From NCBI RefSeq assembly GCF_001194135.2, contig NC_068999.1, positions 48,712,085 to 48,776,084 on the forward strand: 64,000 bases of DNA. Direction: 5' to 3'. Made by a program: the position numbers and the translations under genes. Source of the DNA: Octopus bimaculoides. Lineage: Eukaryota. The notes under the pieces were generated by a model. The model searched no databases, was not told where the DNA came from, and saw only the letters and a list, made by a program, of their open reading frames with translations. Within the stretch, counting starts at the first letter, position 1. Each line of letters begins with the position of its first letter. Positions 24,977 through 36,081 of this stretch are shown one piece after another.

Positions 24977-27900
24977 ATGGATGACAATACAAAAGTAATG
25001 TTGAAGCTGGCTACTTTCTTAGCTCAGCAGAACAACTCTCGGGTCAACAATACAGGAAACCAAAATCCTCTTACTGAATTGGCTACCCAACTATTGATGA
25101 ATAGCACTAGTGAAACCCTTGCCATACCAACATCTCTGCAATCTCACCCAGCAAAACAACTGCCGTCTCATCAACCAGACAACAGCACCTCTAGCATGTT
25201 TCAAACACAAGCTGCACCAGTGCCTATCTCTCAGAACACTTCATCAAATCACATGAATAATACTTACAGTGTAAATGCTTCATCACTTCAAGGGAACATC
25301 ACAAATACAAAGAGTTCAGTTCCTAGGGCTAATGAGATGATGTCACTGAACAATACTTCAAACAAAGACATGATTCCAGTAGCATCCCCAATCAACAGAG
25401 ATTCTTTTAATGTAATGTCCCCTGTTATGGATCAAGAAAACTTCTCTCCTATTAACAGAGACAATTTCCCCATCAGCAGGGATACATTTAACGTGACAAC
25501 TGCCAACTCTTATCCTATCAACTCACCTATGAATCATGACACATTCACCACAGCTTCTTCTGTCAACCGAGATTCCTTTACAATGTCATCTGCAGTCAAC
25601 AGGGACTCCTATCCTGCAACATCATCTGGAAATTCACTGTCATCATCCCCAGCGACTAACCGGGAAATGTTAACTGTAATGCCGCCAGTAAATAGAGACA
25701 CATTTTCTGCTGCTTCTCCTGTCAACCGAGAAACATATCCCAATAATCCTGCTATGAATAGAGACACCTTTAATGTCAACCGAGACAACATGAGTGGGAA
25801 TTGTCCTGAGACAAGAGATTCATTTTCTTCAGATTGCTCTGCTACTAGAGTCTCCTTTAGTATAACATCACCAAGAAATCGAGAAAATTACACAAATACT
25901 CCAGTTATTGGTCGAGACTCGTATTCTGTAACCTCCCCAGTTAATAGTGACTCTTATGGATCTGGGATGCCAACAAGCCATGAGTCTTACCCAGTCAGTT
26001 CTCCTTCTAACCGAATTTCTGAAGATTCTGCTATGAACTCTTTGAATATGATGCGAGGAGATATCTCCAGAAATACAGCTTTAACAAGAGTTCCTGATGA
26101 GATGAATATGAACCAAATGGAGGATATGGTTGTCACTGGTGGGAGTAGTAACGGTAGTAGTATTAACAGCGGTTTGGGCTCAATCAACAGTTCAATGTCA
26201 TGCAACATGTCTTCCATGAATTCTTCTTCCAATGAAGTGCATATAAACTCTTCAAATAATTGTGCCTATTACAAGCGACCTATACAAGGAGAAAAGGGAC
26301 GATCGTATCCTCAGCCAGTCATACTTCGATCGCGACCTCGTCCTGTTAAGGAGAGGTCTAAAAGAGGTCCCAAAGAGAAGGATTATTTCCGAACTGCTTT
26401 CTTTTGTCTACCAAATGTGACAGCTCGACTACCACGCTTTACGTCCTCTGATCCTCGTGAGCAAGACCTTGTCCTTGATTATCAGAAACAAGGTTATGGT
26501 AAGAAATGTTTTTCTTTCATATTCTTTTAATTAATGCATCCTCCCCTCTCAAAAAATTCCTTGTCTTGCAAGTTACTTGGTGACCCTGCCAGTGCTGGTG
26601 CCAAATAAAAAGCATCCAGTCCAGAGTGTGAAGTGGTTGGCATTCGGAAGGGCATCTGGATGTAAAATCCATGCCAAAACAGATACAGTAGCTGAGGGTA
26701 GTTTTTCTAGTTTGGTGTAGTCTCCTACCTGTAGCATGGAAAATGAATGTTGTTGTTGTTGTTGATGATGATGATGGTGATGGTGATCACTTGATCTAAA
26801 TTAATTTTTCCTTTCACAGGTTTTCCAGCAAAAGACTACTTTGAAGGCAAACCTCAGAAGACTTATATTCGTCTCAGTCATGATGAAGAAAGTTTCCGTT
26901 GCTTTCTGTTAAGTATTTATCCGAAACTTGAGGGAAAGTATTATGAACTTTATAGAATTGATCGGCAGAGAAATTTGGTTCGCATTGAAGCTAAGACCCC
27001 CCGTGGTATCAAGAATGCTAAATACCAAGGAACGATCATCATTTTGCCCTACGTAAGTCTGCAAAGTCAAACTATTTGTATTTGTATTTCATTTAACAGC
27101 ATTAATACACTGGAGAAAGGTATGAACATCATGCAGTCTCTTTATGAAAGTGTTTTATTCTTCTCCATGTTTCAGTCATTTGAGTGTGGCCATGCTGGAG
27201 CACCACGTTGAAGGGTTTTAGTCGAACGAATCAACCCTCAGGACTTATTTCTTAAGCCTAGTTACTTATTCTATTGGTCTTTATTTGCCAAACCACTAAG
27301 CAATTTAATCTTTTTTTATAAACTAAATTATAAATTAAACTTTCTTACTCTTTAATTTAATTTCTTCTTTTGTGTTTTTCTTTTAATTTTTTTTATTTAG
27401 CCTGAAGCTTCAAATCCACCATCAGCTATTGTGCACAACCCAAGTAGTATTGGAGACTTACCTGTCCAGCTATGCAATGATTCCATGGAAAATATTAATG
27501 AAAACAATGAATGTGAAGAAGAAAACATGATACCATCACCAAGTGTCTGTGGTTCCACGCCCCAGCAATCTCCTTTCATGCCACCAAACCATGAAGTAGC
27601 TACATATGATCATAAGGTAACTATCCTTAATATAAATTATCATTGATTGAATTGGCAGAATTGATTAAGTTTCAGATTGAGTTAGTAATATCCATTTACA
27701 CTGTAAGTTGAAATCTCATCATGTTTGTCTTGCATTTCAACCTTGCAGAGCTTTTATCCTGTTAGTCCTCAATACCTAATCTTGTGGTGCTACTAACAGA
27801 CTTTCTGTCTCCCTTTTCAGCCTTCCTTTCTGCAACCATGACTAAATGTCTCACTATTACTATTTTCTACAATTATGTTTGAAAATCTGCTAAAGTTGGC

Positions 27901-28032
27901 TTTGCTTTTCATCCTTTCAAGATACAATAAGTACTGGTTGAGTGCTGGGGTTGACGTAAACAACTAACTAGTGCCTTCTCTGCAAATTACAGTCCTTGTG
28001 CCTATCATAGAAAGGACTACTACTACTACTAC

Positions 28033-28067
<35 letters not shown>

Positions 28068-29174
28068 AAATAATAATAATCAGGCATAGGACCTGAAATT
28101 AGGGGGAGAGGGTAGTTGATTACATTGACCCCAGTACTCAACTGGTACTTAATTTATCGACCGCTGAAAGGATGAAAGGCAAAGTCAACCTCAGCGGAAT
28201 ACTACTACTACTACTACTACTACTAATAATAATAATAATAATAATTTCTACAACAAATACTAAATGAAATAAGATAGCAAAATGGCAGCAAGTTTGAAGT
28301 CTGCTATTCCAAGAATACACAAGAAACAACAGAATCAACTGTATCCTGCTACTCCTATTAATTTGTGGCTCCCTGTCACATTATTAAGCAGAAAGAAAAT
28401 CATGCCAAACTAAATATCTTGATAGTATTTAATTTTGTACATCTACATTCTGAGTTCAAATCCTGCCATGTCAACTTTGTATTTGGGTTCATTCAATTGG
28501 TTATACTCCTCTACAAATTTATGGCTCTAAGTCAGTAACAGGAGTAGAGAGGAAGAGATGAATAAAGTATTAATTTATTCCATGTTTTCTACTTCAAAGG
28601 AATCCTACGAGTTATCACCTCCATCTCCAGAACGTGATATTAAACCATTTCAAAGATTTGATTCTGGTATGTATCTGTTAATCATCCTGACACCTTTTTT
28701 TTTGCCACTTTTGAAGACGATGAATTTCAGAATATCACATTATCTTTTTGAGAATTAGTCCTAAGCAGTACTTATCCTATCAATCTCTTTTGACAAACTA
28801 AGCTACTAGGACATAAACAAACCAACACCAGTTGTCAAGTGGTTGTGGGGAAAGACACACCGTTGGATGTCATTCATATATGTATATGACACACATCATC
28901 ATCGTTGTTAATGTTCATATTCCATACTGGCATGGGTTGGATGGTTTGACAGGAGTTCACAAGCTGCTGCAGAGCTGCACCAGGCTCCAGTTGTCTGTTT
29001 TGGTGCCACATAAAAAGCCCCATGTTGATGTCACATCTAAAGCACCCATGCTGGTGCCATATATAAAGAACTGGTTCTAGTTCCTCATAAAAAGCACCCA
29101 GTACACTTTGTAAAGTGGGTTGGCATTAGGAAAGGCATCCAGCTGTAGAAACCATGCCAAGACACACTCATATA

Positions 29175-29210
<36 letters not shown>

Positions 29211-30576
29211 GTGGGCTTCAACATAGTTTCTGCCAGCCAAATTCACTCACAAGGTTATAGTAGAAGACACTTGTTCAAGGTACCAGGCACTGGGACTGAA
29301 CCTGAAACCACCCAGTCGGAAAGCAAGCTTCTTAACCACACAGCATACCTTTAAATTTTTTTTTTTTATATCTTGGTTGTTATTGTCAGGCTTTTGCTTT
29401 ATACTCTTGCACTAGTTCCATTTATTTTCCATTCTCTGATTGATTTAATATTTAGATGTTCCATTTGTATCTAATATCAAATTTTAATTTCTCTTATTTT
29501 CTTTTTGCACAGAAAATTCTGAATTATTTCAAAGAATTTCCCTCATAAAGCAAACTCTTTCTGAAACGAGAAACTTGAAGATGGATAAAAGATCTATTGT
29601 TGGAAATCTGTTGGAGTTGTATCGTGCTGAGCATACCATCTGTAACTATGACATCCGAGTCACATTTAATAATGACCCCAATCTCACTTTATCGAATGAT
29701 CCATCATTTCAAACCCGTCACATGTTCTGCATATTCTGGAAGAAAATTTTCAACAATAATTTTGTCGGAAATGAAGAATACTATCCAGTCATAAGTCCCG
29801 AGGCTGAAGACGATATGTTTGAAATTCTCGGCCGCATTCTCGCTCATGGATTAATATTATGTAACTATTGGCCTATCCAGTTTGCTGTAGCATCAGCCAC
29901 CTACATGCTCTGTCAAGGCTGCTCTGATGAGCTCATTTTGAAATCATTCACCAATTGCCTCAGTGGATTTGATCAGAGGATTGTCATGTCAGCCCTAAAG
30001 GAATCTCGTTCCCAAATTGGAGAACCAACTTTCTCTTCCACTCTAGAAACCAATTTATCAGCATTTCTATGGACTAACGGTTGTCAAATAGACCGACCTG
30101 GTCAGCTTCCTGGTATTTTGTTAAGCATAGCCAGAAGTTTTCTTATATACCAACCATACTGGGCACTTGTGAAGCTGAAGAAAGGAATGGAACACTGCAG
30201 CAATAAAGTATTCAAAGATTGTTCTGAAAGTGATGTTGAAAACTTATACAAAACATTAACACCTGAAGCATCTCAAATTTGCAAATTAATCAAGTATGAG
30301 TTTAGTCAAGAAGAATCTCACCTGGAAATTGAGAAAACATTACAGACTTACTTAGAAAAATTACTTTGGGAAATGTCATTAGTTGAACTTGCAAACTTGT
30401 TACAATTGTGGACTGGTGTGAACTGCTTGTCACAACAAACATTGTTTGTGAAATTTGTGAACACTTCAGATCAGTTACTGTTTCAGAATTATAAATCTCT
30501 GCTTCGGATCCCTCGCAAAATACAGACATTTAAAGAATTTACAGATTCCATTCAATTACTTCTGGATGGAACATGA
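24977..30576 (+). CDS. Gene B: 1033-aa protein with N/S-rich 12-aa repeats, basic patch, domain shared with gene A and a C-terminal degenerate HECT-like domain. CDS exons 24977-26498, 26820-27052, 27401-27616, 28600-28666, 29513-30576
   Basis: Acceptor ttttcttttcag| at 24932 precedes the ATG. Junctions: TATG|gtaaga, ctttcacag|GT, TAC|gtaagt, ttttatttag|CCT, AAG|gtaact, cttcaaag|GAA, TCTG|gtatgt, tttttgcacag|AA. Exon lengths 1522+233+216+67+1064 = 3102 nt = 1034 codons with no internal stop. AATAAA at 31125-31130. Confidence 0.9.
29590..30576 (+). other. HECT-like domain (G2E3-type) of gene B with degenerate catalytic motif
   Basis: Motif order matches HECT: IRVTF, FW..F, ILGRILAHGL..P..F (N-lobe), then LLQLWTG...FVKF...LLRIP...F.EF (C-lobe). 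The GxDxGGxxRE signature is replaced by SNDPSFQTRH and PxAHTC by LLFQNY. Recognised by eye; no HMM was run. Confidence 0.7.
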
Positions 30577-32231
30577 TAAATTCTGTTTGAATGAGGGAGA
30601 AAAAGATTACCTATTCATTTATATACATACACACATACATATACATATATATATATATATACACATGTTTATTTTCTCCTTTCATAGATTTTTCTTTATT
30701 AGAAATGAAGATAAATCTCAGCTATTTTTGTTGTCTTCTTTTATTTAAAAAAGGTTGGTCTGATTGTTGTTATCAATATGAAAGTTGCCAGATGTAAACC
30801 GATAATTTAAATTACAATTATTTTTGAATTGTAACCTTTCAAATTCCCTTTGAATAATTCAAAAGGAAAGAGGTCCGTAAACTAGTTCCACACTAAGACA
30901 TCAACTGAAAATGCATGTACTCCATCTACCACATTCACTATGACCTTATATGTATAAACCATTATCACCACCATCATCATCATCATCATATATAAAACAG
31001 TAATAATCTGCAAAGAAACATTAGGTTGTCTCAAAATGCTTAAGGAACCAGCAACAGATTGGATGCTTTATAGGATCTAGTTTGGTACCCATCAAAGCTC
31101 AAATCGTTCCTTCCATCTATACTTAATAAAACAACCAATCAGTATTTATGTACTTCTTACTCACAAAGTCCTTATGCTTAATCAGAGGAGATCATAATTT
31201 TGATCATTCATAATTGTTTTAATTTCAATACTCTCTCTCTCTCATGTTTCTCTCCATCTACAGCAATCAAATCATTGCATCAACTGTACAGAGATGTAAG
31301 ATGTCCACCAGCACAACAAACATCATACTCTGTAGCCAAGTGTATAACACATTTTCAAATTTCAGCTTTCTGTTTAAAAGCCATTTCACCAGATACAAAA
31401 CCACTACTGAGCAATAATGCACAATTTTCATCATCTTTTTTTTTTTACTTTTCCTAAGAATATAGATTTTCTGAGTTTATTCATAATAAGCCAATATACA
31501 TACATATACCAGGACACAATATTGGTTGTAATATAACCACTAAGTCAACATTGTTTGTAATACCACTGCTAGTTCAGTAATACAACTAATTTGTTCAATT
31601 TTTGCTAAAATTGACTCCACTTTCCATCCTTCTTGGGGAGGGTTTATAAAATAAGCACAAGTCATATATTAAAATCAAATCAGTTTCCTCCTGTCTTTCT
31701 AAAAAGTATTGTGCCTTGTTGAAAGAAATTGATAATTCAGATAGAAGTGGATATAATCATCATCATCATTTAATGTTCACTTTTCCATGCTTGCATAGGT
31801 CAGACGAAATTTCGCTGAGACAGACTTTCTATGTCAGATGCCCCTCCTGTCACCTGTTTCTAATCAATAATATATACATGGAAATCCACGCCACCATCTC
31901 TTCAGTTATCTGGCCATTGAAAATTCCTATGAAAATGACCGTTAAACAAAGGGAAATTACTGTGTGGTTGACCGTTATTAAGACAAAAGAGCTATATACA
32001 CACATTAAATTAATTATATATATGTATATTATTATATAAAGGGATCAAGGGTTAAACTCCTTTTCGCCTTGATCCCTTAATGTAATTACATACATATATA
32101 ATTATTAATGTATAAATCACCTATAAATTTTTATTGTATGCTGACTACCTGATAAAAATTATTAACGTGATTTTATCCTTATATTCTATTCTAGTATGAA
32201 CTAATATATATATATATATATACATACATAT

Positions 32232-32263
<32 letters not shown>

Positions 32264-32319
32264 TATTATTATATGCATTTATTTTTCTCCTAGTTAATTA
32301 ACTCGGACAAAATATATAT

Positions 32320-32365
<46 letters not shown>

Positions 32366-32658
32366 GAGTGGTCTTTAAGGTTTGATATCAAAAGAATAAA
32401 AGAAATTGATGGAATTTCAGATGAAAAATATTTTGGCACATTTTATTTTCAATACATTCTTGCAGCCAACAGCATACACACATCTTTAGTCACTGATAAA
32501 ACAAACAATAGTTTTATATATACATAAATTTGATGTGGATAAGGCTATATCACAATTCTGTGGTGATTCATGATTATAACAGACCATTAACTTTGTCAAA
32601 CAATAAGATAATAAGATATCTGTTTGGCAGCTGAAGAAGACCTTTAATATACATATAC

Positions 32659-32691
<33 letters not shown>

Positions 32692-32946
32692 CACACACAC
32701 GAATGCTGTACAGTGGCCAGATTATGATAGGGGATATTTGGGTGGTATAATTAAGAATTATTTTTTCCGTTTTGCTATTGTTGATTGATTCTGGGCTATA
32801 TATTACCTCTGTGCAGCTGCTCAAGCTGGCTGTAATTGCAGTCAAATCTGCTAACAACCACACCTATCTTAAAGACCAACAAAAATTCTTATCGATCTGA
32901 GGTAATCACACACTCTAGACTTTAAGCAACTCAAAATGGGCCCACA

Positions 32947-33184
32947 GGCATATGGTGTAGTGGTTAAGAGCGCGGGCTACTAACCCCAAGATTCCGAGTT
33001 CGATTCCAAGCAGTGATTTGAATAATAATAATAATAACAACATCGAAAATACTTAAGGAATGAGAACTCAGGTTCAAAATTTCCTCAAGACACCTGATGA
33101 AGGCTGGAGAGTATAACAGCCGAAACGTTGTGTTAACAACAAACAAGCTGAGGACAAATATCCGTCAAATGTAAATAATGTAAA
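32947..33184 (+). mobile_element. tRNA-headed SINE with Penelope-like, hammerhead-containing 3' part
   Basis: A box TGGTGTAGTGG, B box GAGTTCGATTCC, (AAT)n spacer, hammerhead, and an AATGTAAAT-type tail. A homologous copy is at 14213-14485. Confidence 0.8.
33089..33134 (+). ncRNA. Minimal type-I hammerhead ribozyme inside a tRNA-derived SINE
   Basis: GACAC-CTGATGA-A-GGCTG(gagagtataa)CAGCC-GAAA-CGTT-GTGTT. Both core motifs are intact, stem II is 5 bp, stem I is GACAC/GTGTT, stem III is the palindromic ACGT, and cleavage is predicted after GUU at 33129. Confidence 0.72.
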
Positions 33185-33944
33185 GCAAAAACATTCAACA
33201 AAACAACACATATAAGAAGAAAAAAAATCATCCTTAATTACCTCCGAAATATTCCTTGTGACAATCAAGCTGATAGCAATATGACTTCTAAAAAAATTCC
33301 TTCATGAGACAAACGGATGGTTAACATGAATTTTACGACCGTGAAAATAAATTGTCTTAAAAATAATGAAAATAAATTGCGATGGAAACCAGAAGTGATG
33401 ACACTGACTTCCCATAATTTCATGTAAACAATGTATGTATAACCAATGTTTAGAACATACATATATTTAGGTAATCTTTCTATGAGAAACATGTGAAGTG
33501 AAAATATTTCGGTAATCACTCGCTTTTAGTCTCAGAACTGTCAAACCGTAAATTTTTTTATTTCTTTAATTATTTTTTTTCCAGCTGAATGGCTTATGTT
33601 TATATATTTTTGTGTATATATGTGTGTGTTTATGCGGAAGTATGTATGTATGTATATTTGTGTACCTAAGTATATGTATTAATATAACATGAAAACCGAA
33701 CATATATCTAATATAAGATGAAAACAGTCATACTTCTGTGTTGTTCGCTGTTAGGTATAGTAAATCGGAACGGTGTAGCTCAGCTGCTATTTCTGAAATA
33801 CTAGAAGGTACCATACATGTAGGTATCTGTTGACATAGTATATCACTTCCGGTTTGTATCACAATTTACTTTCACGACCGCAAAATGTATGTTGACCCAA
33901 ATTGATTATGAGCAAGTTTGACGAAGTGAAAGTAACACATTATA

Positions 33945-34151
33945 CAGGGTGTCCACAAAGTCTGGGTACATGGGGATTAACACATACTTTAAGAAATTAT
34001 TATTTTTTTATATTTAATCGTTTATGTTATTTTATTTACTCCATGTACACACATGGGGATTAACACATACTTGAAGAAATTATTTCTTATATTTAATTTT
34101 TTATATTATGATTTTATTTACACCATGTACCCAGACTTTGTGGACACCCTG
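33945..34151. mobile_element. Tc1/mariner-type MITE with internally duplicated core
   Basis: TA TSDs at 33943-33944 and 34152-34153; perfect 29-bp TIR CAGGGTGTCCACAAAGTCTGGGTACATGG; internal unit of about 80 bp present twice. Confidence 0.9.
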
Positions 34152-34599
34152 TAGAAAAGGGTATGTTCAAGGTTTGAAAATCTACGGGTTTCATTCAATA
34201 TCAGTCACACAATATACATAGCTCCCCTTTAATCACAGAGTATATTTTCCAATACCGACATGGATGATAAACAACTTGTACGCTATCACAAGTTTACAGA
34301 AATATTTTTCCATATTCAGGCAGTATCTCGTCTCTACACAGCATACGAACATGCTCAAACTTGATTAACTTATTTTGCTGATTGCAGAAAGACACACCGC
34401 AAGTTTCTTTTGAATATGGGTTATGTATTAATCTTACTCAACTTTAGTGTGGAGGTCATTGAAGAAAATGGATCTGTGGCGAAGAGTAAGCTTTCTATTT
34501 AAATTCGGGAAAACTTCATTAGGTAATGGTAATGAAAGTGATTTTCGTCAGATTATTATTGTGTACGTGAACTATGAGAGTTATATAAATAAAAGATGG

Positions 34600-35062
34600 C
34601 GTAATTCTGGTTTAAGAACTTCAAATAAGACCTCATTTTTTTTTTAGAATTTTCAGAAAATGTTTGCAAATTTGTATTCTACACACGGGAATTTATACGA
34701 TTATGAACGAAGATATATATTTTTTTTAGTTTTTTAAAATCTACTCCCACCTCCATAAATCCTAAAATTTTCACTCTTTTTCGAATTTTTAAAAAAATCA
34801 GAGTTTAAAAATACGGACAGTCCGAATGTTTTTGCTTAAATCCCAGCAATAGACCATTAAATGTGTTTATGGGGAGAAAAATATCTGTACATGTCAGAGG
34901 AACTAGGGAACGAGGAAGTTACCAGGTGGTCGTGAGATGTGTTAAAAGTAACTAATTCGCCCTAAGATCATACGCAATTTTTTTGTTTTTTTCATAATCG
35001 CCTGAATTCCCGTGTGCAAAACACAGATTCGCAAAACTTCCTGAAAATTCCAAAAAATAAGT
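34600..35062. repeat. Long-arm foldback repeat; partial homologs at 1484-1860 and 45222-45290
   Basis: Arm A (about 34630-34710) is inverted at about 34985-35062, around a core B that matches 1650-1855. Confidence 0.6.
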
Positions 35063-36081
35063 CACATACCATCATCAACAGCTCGACCAAAGATTGAGCA
35101 AAGTGTCAATACCCAACAAAAGTTGGTGGAATTGCATAACCTAATATATTCTATAATCACAATCGACACGTCAGTTTTTTTATTTAAGAGGTTTTGTTAA
35201 TTACCATATTTACTCGCTTATAGGTCACACCCTAGTTTTTTTGTTTTTCATTTAAAAATCAAAATTCTGTTACTTATATACAAATAAAGGTTAATATCTA
35301 GATCCGCACGGTACGTTACTTTGGCGATCTAAAAATACAGAACAAAAATATACAAATAATGAAAGTTAAATAAATCATAAGAACCACTTCATAAAAGTGA
35401 TCTTGACATTTAGAATCTTAAAAACAACTACATACATATTTTATTTACTTCTGCGTGAGTAAATCGACGACTTAAATGGAATTAAGTATCCGAACAAAGC
35501 AAAAATTAGTATCTACAATTAACGATTTTGTTCACCAATTGCTAATTAATTAAATTACATTGTTTTAGAATTGTTAATTTTTAAAAAAATGAATAATTTA
35601 AATGCTTTTCCACCTTCGGATGTTTCAAATTGTTTACAAATGATATTAACTTAATGGCCGAAAAGAGAAAAAACTTGAGGAGAGTTATTTTTAAATCCAA
35701 ATGTCAAGATCGCACAACACTATTCTTTTGTTCGGGTTGGATTAAAGCAAAAAAAAAAAAAAAGAAGCAAGAATGACAAAAAAATATAATATTCAAAATT
35801 TCTGTTTTAGAAAAAAAAAAAAGGAAAAAGGTAAGTTTTGTTTATCGGAATTAATTGTTGCTCAACAGGATGGTAAGAGGCGGGGGTACTGTGAAATTGG
35901 GGATAATAAAGTAAAATGTCACATCTATATAAACAATCTGATGGAATATTTTCAAATATAATTGTATATTAAAGGTAAAACAAGATTGTTATGCCGTAAT
36001 TGGTACACAGGTAAGGCAAAAAACAAACAAACAAAAAAACAAGGATAAATTTCAAATATTTCACAGTTTAAGACAGATCTT

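Noticed and set aside
32947-33016. tRNA genes (here and at other heads such as 20373 and 15423)
   Set aside because: A and B boxes are present but the acceptor stems do not close, and each continues into a repeated SINE body.
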